Shown piece after piece: positions 49,512 through 60,873 of a DNA stretch of 64,000 nucleotides (the stretch's first letter is position 1; the number at the start of each line of letters is the position of its first letter). Where the stretch lies: assembly GCA_039714075.1 (NCBI GenBank), contig JBDLKA010000001.1, forward strand, positions 96,001 through 160,000, read 5' to 3'. This DNA is from Candidatus Krumholzibacteriota bacterium. Its GTDB lineage: Bacteria; Krumholzibacteriota; Krumholzibacteriia; LZORAL124-64-63. The notes under the pieces were generated by a model, which did not search any database, had not been told where the DNA came from, and saw only the letters and a program-made list of their open reading frames with translations. The position numbers were made by a program, and so were the translations under genes.

Positions 49512-50123
49512 ATGAAACAGTTGATATTTGTTATATTGATCAGCTTGGTTTCGACGGTTGCGTTTGGCGTGGCGGATCCCGATGACGACATCATGGGTAT
49601 CTACTTCGACCTGAACGCTGACGATAATTGCCTGACGGCTCAACCGGCCAGCGTTCCTTTCTTCGCCTACATCATTCTCACCAACACCACCGCCCCGGCC
49701 ATCAATGCCTACGAACTGGGCTTGACGGCTGCGGTTCCGGCCGGTTTGGAAGGCATGCTCTTCCGCCTGGCTTCCACCATCGCCAACGGTGTGGTCAGTG
49801 GTGTGGATGTCGGTACCAATGGTCCTCTGGGCGGCGATTTCATCGTTGGCCTGGCTGCTTCTCTTCCGGGACAGCCTGCGGTAGTTCTGCACTCTTTCCA
49901 GTACATGCTGCTGACACCAATGATTGTGGAATTCTACCTCGGTGCTTCCTCGGCTCCTTCCATCCCGGGTGATTTACCCGTGGTGCAGAATGCCGAAGGT
50001 TCCATTTTGATGCAGGTCGGACTGTCGACCGGCGGACCGGATACTCCGGTTGCCATTGTCAACTGCAACACTTCTCCCGTCGAAGAAGCCAGCTTTGGCA
50101 GCGTCAAAAGCCTATACCGATGA
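49512..50123 (+). CDS. Secreted protein, paralog family copy 4
   Basis: Signal peptide MKQLIFVILISLVSTVAFG; GGAAGGTG RBS; tail VEEASFGSVKSLYR. Confidence 0.92.
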   Translation: MKQLIFVILISLVSTVAFGVADPDDDIMGIYFDLNADDNCLTAQPASVPFFAYIILTNTTAPAINAYELGLTAAVPAGLEGMLFRLASTIANGVVSGVDVGTNGPLGGDFIVGLAASLPGQPAVVLHSFQYMLLTPMIVEFYLGASSAPSIPGDLPVVQNAEGSILMQVGLSTGGPDTPVAIVNCNTSPVEEASFGSVKSLYR

Positions 50124-50161
50124 AATTGCCCTCGCCCATGGCTATTTTTGCACAAAAGGAA

Positions 50162-50195
50162 GGGGCCTGCTGATTTCAGCAGGCCCCTCGTTTTT
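50162..50195 (+). terminator. Intrinsic terminator after copy 4
   Basis: GGGGCCTGCTGA-TT-TCAGCAGGCCCC then T-run. Confidence 0.85.
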
Positions 50196-50227
50196 CCGCT
50201 CCAACGGCATTTCAACACCTGTGGCCG

Positions 50228-50255
50228 TAGACAGAACCCCATTTTCTGATATACT
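50228..50255 (+). promoter_or_regulatory. Putative promoter of copy 5
   Basis: TAGACA-16nt-TATACT with extended -10 TG. Confidence 0.65.
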
Positions 50256-50299
50256 CCCATCAATAGTATTCACTGAATATTTTCAGAAAGGGGAAACCA

Positions 50300-50908
50300 A
50301 TGAAACCGTTGATATTTCTTATGTTGGTCAGCCTGGTTGCGACAGCTACGTTTGGTGGAATAGATCCCGATGACGACATCATGGGGGTCTACTTCGACTT
50401 GAACGCTGACAACCATTGCCTGACCATACCGCCCAGTGTTCCTTTCATGGCCTACATAATTCTCACCAACCCCACAGCTCCCGCCATCAATGCATATGAG
50501 TTGGGCCTGACGGTTGCGGTTCCGACCGGTATGGAAGCCTCGATCTTCCGTCTGGCGTCCACCATCGCCAACGGCGTGGTCAGTGGTGTGGATGTCGGCA
50601 CCAATGGTCCTCTGGGGGGCGATTTCATCGTCGGACTGGCGGCACCGCTTCCGAGCCAGCTCGCTGTTGTCCTGCACTCCTTCCAGTACATGTTGCTGGC
50701 CAACTTTATCGTGGAATTCTACATCGGTGCATCCTCGGCTCCTTCGATCCCGGGTGATTTTCCCGTGGTCCAGAACGCCGATGGTTCCATCCTGATGCAG
50801 GTCGGAGTGCTCTCTGGCGGACCTGAATATCCCCTTGCCTGGATCAACGATTGCGCATTCCCAGTCGAGGAAGCCAGCTTTGGCAGCGTCAAGAGCCTAT
50901 ACCGGTAA
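50300..50908 (+). CDS. Secreted protein, paralog family copy 5
   Basis: Signal peptide MKPLIFLMLVSLVATATFG; tail VEEASFGSVKSLYR. Confidence 0.92.
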   Translation: MKPLIFLMLVSLVATATFGGIDPDDDIMGVYFDLNADNHCLTIPPSVPFMAYIILTNPTAPAINAYELGLTVAVPTGMEASIFRLASTIANGVVSGVDVGTNGPLGGDFIVGLAAPLPSQLAVVLHSFQYMLLANFIVEFYIGASSAPSIPGDFPVVQNADGSILMQVGVLSGGPEYPLAWINDCAFPVEEASFGSVKSLYR

Positions 50909-50946
50909 AATTGCCCTCGCCCAAGGCTATTTTTGCCCAAAAAGAA

Positions 50947-50973
50947 GGGGCCTGCTGTTTTCAGCAGGCCCCT
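50947..50973. terminator. Bidirectional terminator between copy 5 and tRNA-Val
   Basis: GGGGCCTGCTG-TTTT-CAGCAGGCCCC flanked by A-rich and T-rich tracts. Confidence 0.8.
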
Positions 50974-50985
50974 CTTATTATGCGG

Positions 50986-51064
50986 TGGTGGGCGATACGG
51001 GATTCGAACCTGTGACCTCTTGTCTGTCAAACAAGCGCTCTAACCAAAGCTGAGCTAATCGCCC
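50986..51064 (-). tRNA. tRNA-Val(GAC)
   Basis: GGGCGATTAGCTCAG...CTTGT-TTGACAG-ACAAG...GGTTCGAATCC...TCGCCCACCA; TTGACA-17-CATATT upstream. Confidence 0.94.
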
Positions 51065-51126
51065 ACCGGGAGGCAAAATATGTTCAGGACACACGGTATT
51101 GTCAATTGAAAACCGAATCGTCGGGC

Positions 51127-51981
51127 TCAGGTAAGGTAGTCGACCAGCCGTTCCCCGTGCCCGTGCTGCCGCATCTTGCTGAGAGCCTGGTTCCTGATCT
51201 GCCGGACACGTTCCCGCGAAAGATTGATGTCCTGGCCGATGGTCTCCAGGGAAGCCGTTTCCTGGCTGCCCAGCCCGTAGTAGCGAATCACGATGTTCTT
51301 CTCGCGCGGAGACAGCAGATCCATGGCGTCGGCCAGTTCCTGCAGCAGTTCGCCCGAAACGTAATCCTGGTCGGGCGTCAGATCCTCGGGATCGGCCAGG
51401 GTATCGGCCAGGGTCACGTCATCGTCGTAAAGCGGCTGGTCGAGACTGATCAAAGGCCGGCTGGCGGCCCGGATCTGCCCCATCTTGCGCAGGTCCAGGC
51501 TCATGGCCTCGGCGATCTCGTCCTCGCCCACCTTGCGCTTGTGCTTCTGCTCCAGGTTCTGTGACACCCGCTTCATGCGCTGGGCCTGCTGGGAGCGATT
51601 GATGGGCAGCCGCACGGTATTGGTCTGCTCGGCGATGGCTTTCTGGATGGCCTGACGAATCCACCAGACGGCATAGGAGATGAAGCGGAACTCCCGCCTT
51701 TCATCGAACCGCTTGGCGGCGGTGATCAGACCGATATTGCCTTCGGCGATCAGGTCCATGTAGCTGAGACCCTGATTGAGGAATTTTTTGGCCACGCTGA
51801 CCACGAAGCGGAGATTCGAATTGACCAGCTTGTCGAGCGCTGCCTTGTCGCCCCCCCGGATGCGGGTGGCCAGCTCGAATTCCTCTTCCCTCGTCAACAG
51901 ATTATGCTTGCCTATGGTCTGCAGATAATGCTGGAGGCTCGAGTCTTCGCGACGGTCGCTGCTGAGTTCGATTTCGTACAC
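51127..51981 (-). CDS. RpoD/SigA-family sigma factor lacking region 1.1
   Basis: YL..IG...LL.REEE, NLRFVVSVAK, DLI.EGNIGL, F.SYAVWWIRQAI, SRERVRQI. Confidence 0.93.
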   Translation of the reverse strand: MYEIELSSDRREDSSLQHYLQTIGKHNLLTREEEFELATRIRGGDKAALDKLVNSNLRFVVSVAKKFLNQGLSYMDLIAEGNIGLITAAKRFDERREFRFISYAVWWIRQAIQKAIAEQTNTVRLPINRSQQAQRMKRVSQNLEQKHKRKVGEDEIAEAMSLDLRKMGQIRAASRPLISLDQPLYDDDVTLADTLADPEDLTPDQDYVSGELLQELADAMDLLSPREKNIVIRYYGLGSQETASLETIGQDINLSRERVRQIRNQALSKMRQHGHGERLVDYLT

Positions 51982-52437
51982 CGGCGTCCTCCTGAAGGCA
52001 CCTGGACCTACTCATCGGTCCGCTATTCCCATTTCCTTTTTCCGGCGAGATCCTGAACTTGACCACAATCTTGACCTGCGAGGTCAGCTATTTCCCGATG
52101 CCGCCATATCCTGTTATTACGCCAAACCGGCCACAGGGTTCCGAAAAATGCAGTATAGCCGCCGAAACCGGCCGGGCGAGAGGCTCTGAAAAAACCCTAA
52201 CTCCAAGGGTCCCAACAGGTGCGCCAACGGGCGAGAATCTGTATCCTATCTCCCACTGGGAGTATATGGGTTATTCAAGGGTCAGTCAAAGACTATTTTG
52301 ATCTGCTTTGTCAATAAAGACAAAACGAGCAGTCTTCATAAATTAATGAGATGCAGTATGGCCGATCAAGATGCTTAATCCCCAATCGACCATACCACAT
52401 TTTTGAAAACTGTCAACCAACAAAACCGAAGCGGAAA

Positions 52438-54351
<1,914 letters not shown>

Positions 54352-54586
54352 TTCTATCTCCATTCAAAGTGTGTTTGAAACGAATTTGCTCATCGGCATA
54401 AATACAAGGGGCGTGCCCAAAACAAAGATTGTGGAGATTCTATTTAATGGATTGCCATCAAATATGTTAGGACAATTGTCCGAAATTCGGTATATGACAC
54501 AACCAAAGACCCAAAATCAAAATTGCGCCATTTTGTCAGACAGGACTGCCATCGAGGCGTAAAACCAGCGAGAACATGCTGCCAGG

Positions 54587-55549
54587 CTAACGATCCCGTC
54601 CCTGTTTCAATCCTTTGCGAAAACAGCAAAGCACGGTGAGATTCATGAGCTGGAAATACAACCCGGGCCACCAGGGCCGGTGCGCCTTGCCCGACGGCCA
54701 GGAGGCCATCAGACCCCGCAGCGGATTACCAAGACCCGCGTCCATGAAGCCACGCAACAATCGGCTTTTCAGGGATAGTCCAGGCCGGCCCGGGACATCC
54801 ACCACGTGATGGAGATTCATTTCCCGGATCCGGGACGGATGAATGCGCGCCAGATGCGGCAGGGAATGGCGTCCGCATTCGACCTTTTTCGCCAGATACT
54901 GTTCCAGGGTGTGATGGTGCACATGGACAGGGACCGGCGCAACGAGAGTCAGGAACTCGACCCCGGCCTTGTCTTCCAGCCGGAAGGCCACCTCCATGTC
55001 CTCGAAGCCATAGGTGGAGAATTCCTCGTCGAAACCTCCGGCCTCCAGAAAGGCCCGGCGGGGGACCGCGGCGTTCTGGGTGACGAAAAAACGACCCGGA
55101 GCCGGACCGGGATCCAGGCGGGCGACACCGCGGGAATCGAGGTAGTGAAAATGCGGTCCGTCCACCAGGGAGGGCTCGGTCACCGCATACCCGATGGTGC
55201 CGCAACCGGCGTGCGACCCCAGCACATCCAGATGAGCGCGCAGCAGATCCGGCGGAGCCACGATATCGTCATCCAGAAAGAGGATCCAGGTTCCGGCGGC
55301 CGCCCGGGCCCCCAGGTTGCGCGCCTTGGCCCGGCCGACGTTGCCGGGCGGGTCCACCACCACCAGATTGATGCCGCCGGTGCGGGTCAGGTTTTCCAGA
55401 AAATCACGTGTGCCGTCGGTGCTGCCGTCGTTGACGACCACGGTTTCCCAGGTGCAGTCGGGCGCCACCTCCTGCCGTGACAGGGCGGCCAAAGTCCGCT
55501 CCAGCAGGGCGACCTTGTTGAAGGTGGGAATGACGACCGACAATTTCAT
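54587..55549 (-). CDS. GT2 glycosyltransferase
   Basis: SVVIPTFN, NDGSTD, ARNLG, FLDDD, GGFDE.F..YG.ED. Confidence 0.9.
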   Translation of the reverse strand: MKLSVVIPTFNKVALLERTLAALSRQEVAPDCTWETVVVNDGSTDGTRDFLENLTRTGGINLVVVDPPGNVGRAKARNLGARAAAGTWILFLDDDIVAPPDLLRAHLDVLGSHAGCGTIGYAVTEPSLVDGPHFHYLDSRGVARLDPGPAPGRFFVTQNAAVPRRAFLEAGGFDEEFSTYGFEDMEVAFRLEDKAGVEFLTLVAPVPVHVHHHTLEQYLAKKVECGRHSLPHLARIHPSRIREMNLHHVVDVPGRPGLSLKSRLLRGFMDAGLGNPLRGLMASWPSGKAHRPWWPGLYFQLMNLTVLCCFRKGLKQGRDR

Positions 55550-56694
55550 GCCGACCCGCCGTCCGTGACGTCCCTGAGCCTGGCCAGGCTAACTTCAGCG
55601 GGAAGTGCCCCGCCCCCGGTGAGGTGTTTGAAGACCGCATCCACGTATTCCATGTTGGCGTGGAACCCGGCCACCTGATGGGCCCTGGCCAGGGCCTGCC
55701 GGCCCGCCGCTGCCAGAAATTCCGGATCCCCTGCGAACCGCAGCATGGCCGCGGCCAGGTCCGCGGCGTTCCGGGGCGGAACGACCAGACCGGAAAACCC
55801 GTCCTCGATCCACTCCACGGAAGACGGCAGGTCGGAAATGATGATCCCGCGGGCGCAGGACATGGCCTCCAGGAGGCTCACGGCGGTGGCATCGACCGAA
55901 GGTACGGAAATAAACACGTCGCAGGACTGCAGGGCGGTGGCGAATTCGCGGTGGGGCAGGCGGCCGACCATGGCCATCACGTCTTCGATGCCCGCGGCGG
56001 CGGCCTTGCGCTGGAACGGCCCCGGGTCGCCCTCGTAACCCGAAAACAGGAACCGGGCCCTTGGTTCGCGCGCCTTGACCAGGGCCGCGGCCTCGATCAC
56101 CGTGTCGATATTGTAGTAGGGCTGGGTGTAGCTGCGCGGGGAGTAGTACAGAAGATGCTCATCCGCGAAACCCAGATTCCGCTTCCATTGCGGGTCCGCT
56201 CCGGGCTTGAAAACATCGAAATCAACACCCCACAGAACGCGGAAACTACGGTCGGGATCGGCGCCGAGGTCGGCGGCGACATCCAGGATATCGGTGGAGT
56301 CCCCGGTCAGCGCGTCGCAGTCGGACAGGGCCATGCGCGCCAAACGGTTCTTGAGGCCGTTTTCGAACGGGGTGACGTAGACATCATCACCCCAGACGGT
56401 CAATACGTTCGGGTGAAAACCGCTGAACCTCCCCCAGTAGCCGTAACCGGTCAGGAAGTGGGTATTCAACAGGTCGGGCTTGATGCGCTTCAACAGCCGA
56501 CGGACCTTGAGCAGGGAAAAACCGTACCGCAGGGGCTTGGGCCCGAACCCGGACGAGATGTCGTGCACGGTGACACCTTCCACCGGGCCAGGCTGGACGG
56601 TCAGCAAATGGCATTCGTGCCCGCGGTCACTGAACCAGCGGATCCACCGTTCGGTGTGGATGTGTCGGCCGATGGAGAGGAATGCCAGCCGCAA
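55546..56694 (-). CDS. GT4 glycosyltransferase
   Basis: TVWGDD, D...SLLEAMSC, G.VVPP.N..DLA. Confidence 0.88.
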   Translation of the reverse strand: MRLAFLSIGRHIHTERWIRWFSDRGHECHLLTVQPGPVEGVTVHDISSGFGPKPLRYGFSLLKVRRLLKRIKPDLLNTHFLTGYGYWGRFSGFHPNVLTVWGDDVYVTPFENGLKNRLARMALSDCDALTGDSTDILDVAADLGADPDRSFRVLWGVDFDVFKPGADPQWKRNLGFADEHLLYYSPRSYTQPYYNIDTVIEAAALVKAREPRARFLFSGYEGDPGPFQRKAAAAGIEDVMAMVGRLPHREFATALQSCDVFISVPSVDATAVSLLEAMSCARGIIISDLPSSVEWIEDGFSGLVVPPRNAADLAAAMLRFAGDPEFLAAAGRQALARAHQVAGFHANMEYVDAVFKHLTGGGALPAEVSLARLRDVTDGGSA

Positions 56695-56746
56695 GGCGAC
56701 CCCCGCAGGATGATAAAGCCGTGGCGCTTCAATGGTGATTGGAACC

Positions 56747-56834
56747 TGGTGCCGGGAGCCGGAATCGAACCGGCACGGAGCAACGCTCCGAGGGATTTTA
56801 AGTCCCTTGCGTCTACCAATTTCGCCATCCCGGC
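56747..56834 (-). tRNA. tRNA-Leu(TAA)
   Basis: GCCGGGATGGCGAAATTGGTAGACGCA AGGGA-CTTAAAA-TCCCT, long variable arm, CCA end. Confidence 0.95.
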
Positions 56835-56937
56835 ACGGAAGTTGTTGCTCACAGGGATAATGTATAGATCAAGGCCGGGTGTCAATGCCCCGGTGACAGT
56901 AAAAAACCGGCCCCGGGCCGGTTGATGCAGGTAGGAA

Positions 56938-57012
56938 TGGAGGCGGCACCCGGAGTCGAACCGGGGATAACGATTTTGCAGACCGTCGCCTTAACCACTT
57001 GGCCATGCCGCC
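56938..57012 (-). tRNA. tRNA-Cys(GCA)
   Basis: GGCGGCATGGCCAAGTGG...CTGCAAA loop...GGTTCGACTCC...GCCGCCTCCA. Confidence 0.94.
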
Positions 57013-57119
57013 CCATTAGTCAGCCATATCCTGATGCAATAATGTTTCATCGCCAGGGTGATGTCAACCCGGCTCGCTACAATGACAAAGGAGGAGCCGG
57101 GGGCTCCTCCTCGTCGATA

Positions 57120-57195
<76 letters not shown>

Positions 57196-57240
57196 TCGAA
57201 ACGTTCTGAAGAAATAGCTAATGCCCCCCGTTTTGTCAAA

Positions 57241-58386
57241 TTAAAATGGCCCTGCGGACCGCCCCGGAACGAGTTCGCGATACAGGTCCGCCGTCATGGC
57301 CGCGACCCTCTCCCAGGAATAGTTCTCGATGGCCCGGACCTGGGCCCCTTCCCCGGACCTGGCCCGCTTTTCCGGATCATCCAGCAAGGCCGCCAGTTGC
57401 CGGCCCAGGTCCCGCACATTGCCGCTTTCGAAGTACACCGCCTCGTCGCCTCCCCCTTCGATGTTGGGCGGAATGTCGCTGACCAGGCAGCACCGGGCGT
57501 AGCTCATCCCCTCCAGCAGGGTGATCGACAAGCCCTCCAGGGTCGACGGCAGGACCACCAGGGAAGTGTTGGTGTACAACTCCTCCAGGATGGGGCCGTG
57601 GACGTATCCCAGGAACCGGACCCCCTCCGGAGCCATCGCGTGGAGCTTTTCCACGTAACTGCTGGTGAACCCCGCGTCGCCGGCGATCACAAGATCGAAC
57701 CGCGCCCGCAGGGAAGCCGGCAGCTGCCGCCAGGCCTCCAGCAGGAGATGGCAGCCCTTCTCCGGAACGAGCCGCCCCACGAACAGGACGTAATCTTTTT
57801 CGATTCCCTGTTCACGGATCAGCATCGGCTCGCGGTAGACGGGCTGGACGATTCCGTTGGGAATGTAGTCCGTGGCCCTCTTGTGCTGCTCGAGGTAGTG
57901 CTCGCGAAGGGACCGGGAGACCACGATGGTCCGGTCGGGCAGGCCGACGCTGGCCGATTCCCCGACCCGCAGGACTCCCCGCGCGAAACTCCCCCATTTG
58001 TCCCGCTGCCAGTCGAGGCCGTGCACGGTCACGACGGTCGGCAGGCGCTTGAACAGGCGCGGCACACCCGACAGCAGGCCGGGGCCCAGGGCGTGGTAGT
58101 GGACCACGTCCGCATTCTGGAACAGCACGTGGGCGGTGGATACGATGGTGTGGCTGATGGCGTCCAGGTGTTTGGAGGGGATGCTCGGCAGCCGGTGGAC
58201 GCGAACACCCGGCAGATCAACGGTTCCACGGGTGTCGCTGTAATGGGGACGGCTATAGATGTCGACCTCGCAGCCGAGACCCGGAAGTCTGGCTGCGAGT
58301 TCGGCTACGTGTTTTTCAATCCCCCCGTGGACGGGCGGATATCCCTTCTGGCCGATCATGGCCACGCGAATGGGTCGGGACGCCAA
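57241..58386 (-). CDS. GT4 glycosyltransferase
   Basis: GGIEKHV, TVHGLDW, LFVGRLVPEKG, EGLSITLLEGMS. Confidence 0.92.
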   Translation of the reverse strand: MASRPIRVAMIGQKGYPPVHGGIEKHVAELAARLPGLGCEVDIYSRPHYSDTRGTVDLPGVRVHRLPSIPSKHLDAISHTIVSTAHVLFQNADVVHYHALGPGLLSGVPRLFKRLPTVVTVHGLDWQRDKWGSFARGVLRVGESASVGLPDRTIVVSRSLREHYLEQHKRATDYIPNGIVQPVYREPMLIREQGIEKDYVLFVGRLVPEKGCHLLLEAWRQLPASLRARFDLVIAGDAGFTSSYVEKLHAMAPEGVRFLGYVHGPILEELYTNTSLVVLPSTLEGLSITLLEGMSYARCCLVSDIPPNIEGGGDEAVYFESGNVRDLGRQLAALLDDPEKRARSGEGAQVRAIENYSWERVAAMTADLYRELVPGRSAGPF

Positions 58387-58412
58387 GAATTCTCCGCCTT
58401 TGCCGGTCGGGA

Positions 58413-59438
58413 TCAGGCAGTGAGCTCCAGGGAAATGCGGCGGCCGTCCTCTTTCAGGGACCGGCAGGCCGCTTCCAGCACTTCGACCACTTTCAGCCCA
58501 TGGGTGCCGTCGCTCTGGCAGACAACCTTGTCCTGGATCATGTCCAGGAAATGGGCGGCCTCCGCCTTCAACGGTTCGTAGGTGTCGACGTGCGGCAGAA
58601 AGACGTCTCCGGACCGGTACAACAACTGGAACTCACCGAAGCCCTCGTAGTGCGGCTGCACATCCACGCCCTTGTCGTAGACGCGGATCTTTTCCGAGGG
58701 TGAGACATCATCATACACCAGCATCTTGTTGCTGCCCACAAAAGTGCAGGTGCGGATCTTGTTGGGGTCCAGCCAGCTGACGTGGATGTGGACCAGCCTG
58801 CCGCCGGGATACTCCAGGGTCACGAAAGCCACGTCCTCTATGCCGCGTTCCTTCTGGACGTAGCAGTGCCCGGTCGCGCTGACGGCCACGGGTTCGGCGC
58901 CGAACAGGAAGTTCAGCATGGCCACGTCGTGGGGCGCCAGGTCCCAGACCACGTTGGCGTCCTTCTGGAAGATGCCGAGATTCACCCGGGCGATGTTGAC
59001 GTAGTAGATGTCCCCCAGCTCACCGTCGTCCAGGAGGGATTTGATCATCCGCACCGGCGGCGAATACACGAAGGTGTGGCCGACCATGAGCTTCAGGTCG
59101 GCGGCGGCGGCCGTCTTGACCATCGTCCGGCAGTCGTCGCTGTTGGTCGCCATCGGCTTTTCGACGAACACGTGCTTGCCGGCTTCCAGCGCTTCCATGC
59201 CCAGCTTGAAATGGGTCGACATCGGGGTGGCGACCACCACCGCGTCGATTGCGGGATCGTTGATCAGATCCCGGTAGTCGGTCGTCTTGCGGGTGCCGGG
59301 GTAAAGCAACCCGACATGGTTGAGACGCTCTTCATCCAGATCGGAAATGGCGATCAAATCAGCCCCGGGCTGAAGGTTGAAATTGCGAATGAGGTTGGGT
59401 CCCCAGTACCCGCATCCGATCACACCAATGCCTATCAT
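58413..59438 (-). CDS. Gfo/Idh/MocA oxidoreductase (nucleotide-sugar 3-dehydrogenase-like)
   Basis: GCGYWG, HVFVEKP, WDLAPHD, SWLDP.K.R. Confidence 0.9.
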   Translation of the reverse strand: MIGIGVIGCGYWGPNLIRNFNLQPGADLIAISDLDEERLNHVGLLYPGTRKTTDYRDLINDPAIDAVVVATPMSTHFKLGMEALEAGKHVFVEKPMATNSDDCRTMVKTAAAADLKLMVGHTFVYSPPVRMIKSLLDDGELGDIYYVNIARVNLGIFQKDANVVWDLAPHDVAMLNFLFGAEPVAVSATGHCYVQKERGIEDVAFVTLEYPGGRLVHIHVSWLDPNKIRTCTFVGSNKMLVYDDVSPSEKIRVYDKGVDVQPHYEGFGEFQLLYRSGDVFLPHVDTYEPLKAEAAHFLDMIQDKVVCQSDGTHGLKVVEVLEAACRSLKEDGRRISLELTA

Positions 59439-59652
59439 TACCGGCTCGCTTTCATTGGACGAGTAAACGATATCCCAGCCCGGTCCACACCGGCGGACGC
59501 ATCACTTGAATATCGACAAAACGAAACCATGCTTTAAACCCTGACAGGGTGTTTCAGGAAAATTCAGGAAGCTCCAGGATGGCGCCCCGGTTCCAGCGGG
59601 GACAGAGACGTCGACTACGGCAGTCCGGATGAAAACAAGCGAACTGCCGCTG

Positions 59653-60396
59653 CTAATAGCCTCCGGTGCCCTGAAGAACCACGGGAATGGTCTTCAACAG
59701 GATCTTGAAATCCTGCCAAGGCGACCAACTGTTGATGTAGCGGATGTCCAGCCGCACCATTTCCTCGAAGGAGACGGTGCTGCGTCCGCTGACCTGCCAC
59801 AGGCCGGTAAGCCCCGGAACAGCCTTCAGCCGTTCCATGTGCCAGGGTTGGTAGTTTTCAATCTCGTAGGCGATGGGCGGCCGGGGGCCGACCAGGGACA
59901 TCTCGCCCCGGAGAATATTGAACAACTGGGGAAGTTCGTCCAGGGAAGTCTTGCGCAGGAATGTTCCCATGGGGGTGATCCGGGGATCGCCCTTCATCTT
60001 GAAGACCTGGTCGCCTTCATTCGTTTCGGCACAACCGTCTTCATCGCCGCCGATGAACATGGCCACGAACTGCCGGTGGATGGCGTCGTCGCTGTTGTGC
60101 TCCATGGAGCGGAATTTGTAGAACTTGAAAGGCTTGCCGTCACGACCAAGTCTTTCCTGGGCGAACAGGATGGGACCGGGGCTGGTCTTCTTGATCACCA
60201 GGGCGATCACCAGCATGACCGGGGAAACCACAACGAGCATCAAGGATGCCGCCAACAGGTCGAAGGCCCTTTTGAAACGGCCCTGGACGCCGAAATAGCG
60301 AGTGGTATCCGCGGGGATGAAGAGCTTAGGGGGATGAACAGCGAAATCGCCATCAACAACCGCTAAAGCTGCCGCGTCTTCCTTCATGGTGCACAT
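59653..60396 (-). CDS. Priming sugar (phosphoglycosyl) transferase
   Basis: KRAFD, YKFRSM, DPRIT..G.FLRKTSLDELPQL.N...GEMSLVGPRP, PGLTGLWQVSGR. Confidence 0.94.
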   Translation of the reverse strand: MCTMKEDAAALAVVDGDFAVHPPKLFIPADTTRYFGVQGRFKRAFDLLAASLMLVVVSPVMLVIALVIKKTSPGPILFAQERLGRDGKPFKFYKFRSMEHNSDDAIHRQFVAMFIGGDEDGCAETNEGDQVFKMKGDPRITPMGTFLRKTSLDELPQLFNILRGEMSLVGPRPPIAYEIENYQPWHMERLKAVPGLTGLWQVSGRSTVSFEEMVRLDIRYINSWSPWQDFKILLKTIPVVLQGTGGY

Positions 60397-60873
60397 ACTC
60401 CCTTTGCCAAGGCAAAGTTGATGTTATCAAGGCTGAAAGACAATGAACGCGTTAGCTTTGGATCATCTGTTCCTTTCGGCTGTTAAAGGCTGTCGATCAG
60501 AATTCCCATCCGACCAACCATCGAACGCAAATGATAACACATGATTTAAGGTAATGTCCACCCTCCAATTTGTTTTTTTTTCTTCTTAACAATTTAAAAA
60601 CAACCGGATATGACCACTTTGTTGAGGCCCCCAGGTCAAATCCCTGGCAAAAAAGCCCTTAAAACCCCCATCTTGGCCAAATATCTTCATTTTTGAATAG
60701 CTTAAGGCGCCCGGATTCACGATATTTCTTTTGCCTTATGATAGTCGTGATCCTACACTGTCCGAACCCGAATCAACCAAGAGCGCTTCTCCTGATCGCC
60801 CTGATTGCCGAATCGCTCCTGATTGTTTCGGGAACCATAGCTTTTGCGGATTCATTTGAGAGGAGCTTTAGAA

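Larger units (their letters stand above)
48724..50973 (+). repeat. Tandem triplication with a unit of about 788 bp (gene, terminator, promoter)
   Basis: ATGs at 48724, 49512 and 50300 (788-bp spacing); repeated terminator and promoter blocks. Confidence 0.9.

Noticed and set aside
48724..50908. Diversity-generating retroelement (TR/VR pairs) among the near-identical paralogs
   Set aside because: Differences are mostly synonymous and not adenine-specific, all copies are intact ORFs, and no reverse transcriptase is in the window.
49375..50973. CRISPR or REP interpretation of the thrice-repeated GGGGCCTGCTG palindrome
   Set aside because: Spacing is about 787 bp with whole genes in between; these are duplicated terminators, and no cas genes are present.
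54400..54420. Sigma54 promoter for dnaK as a firm feature
   Set aside because: The -12 element reads TTGT rather than TTGC; too weak to call.
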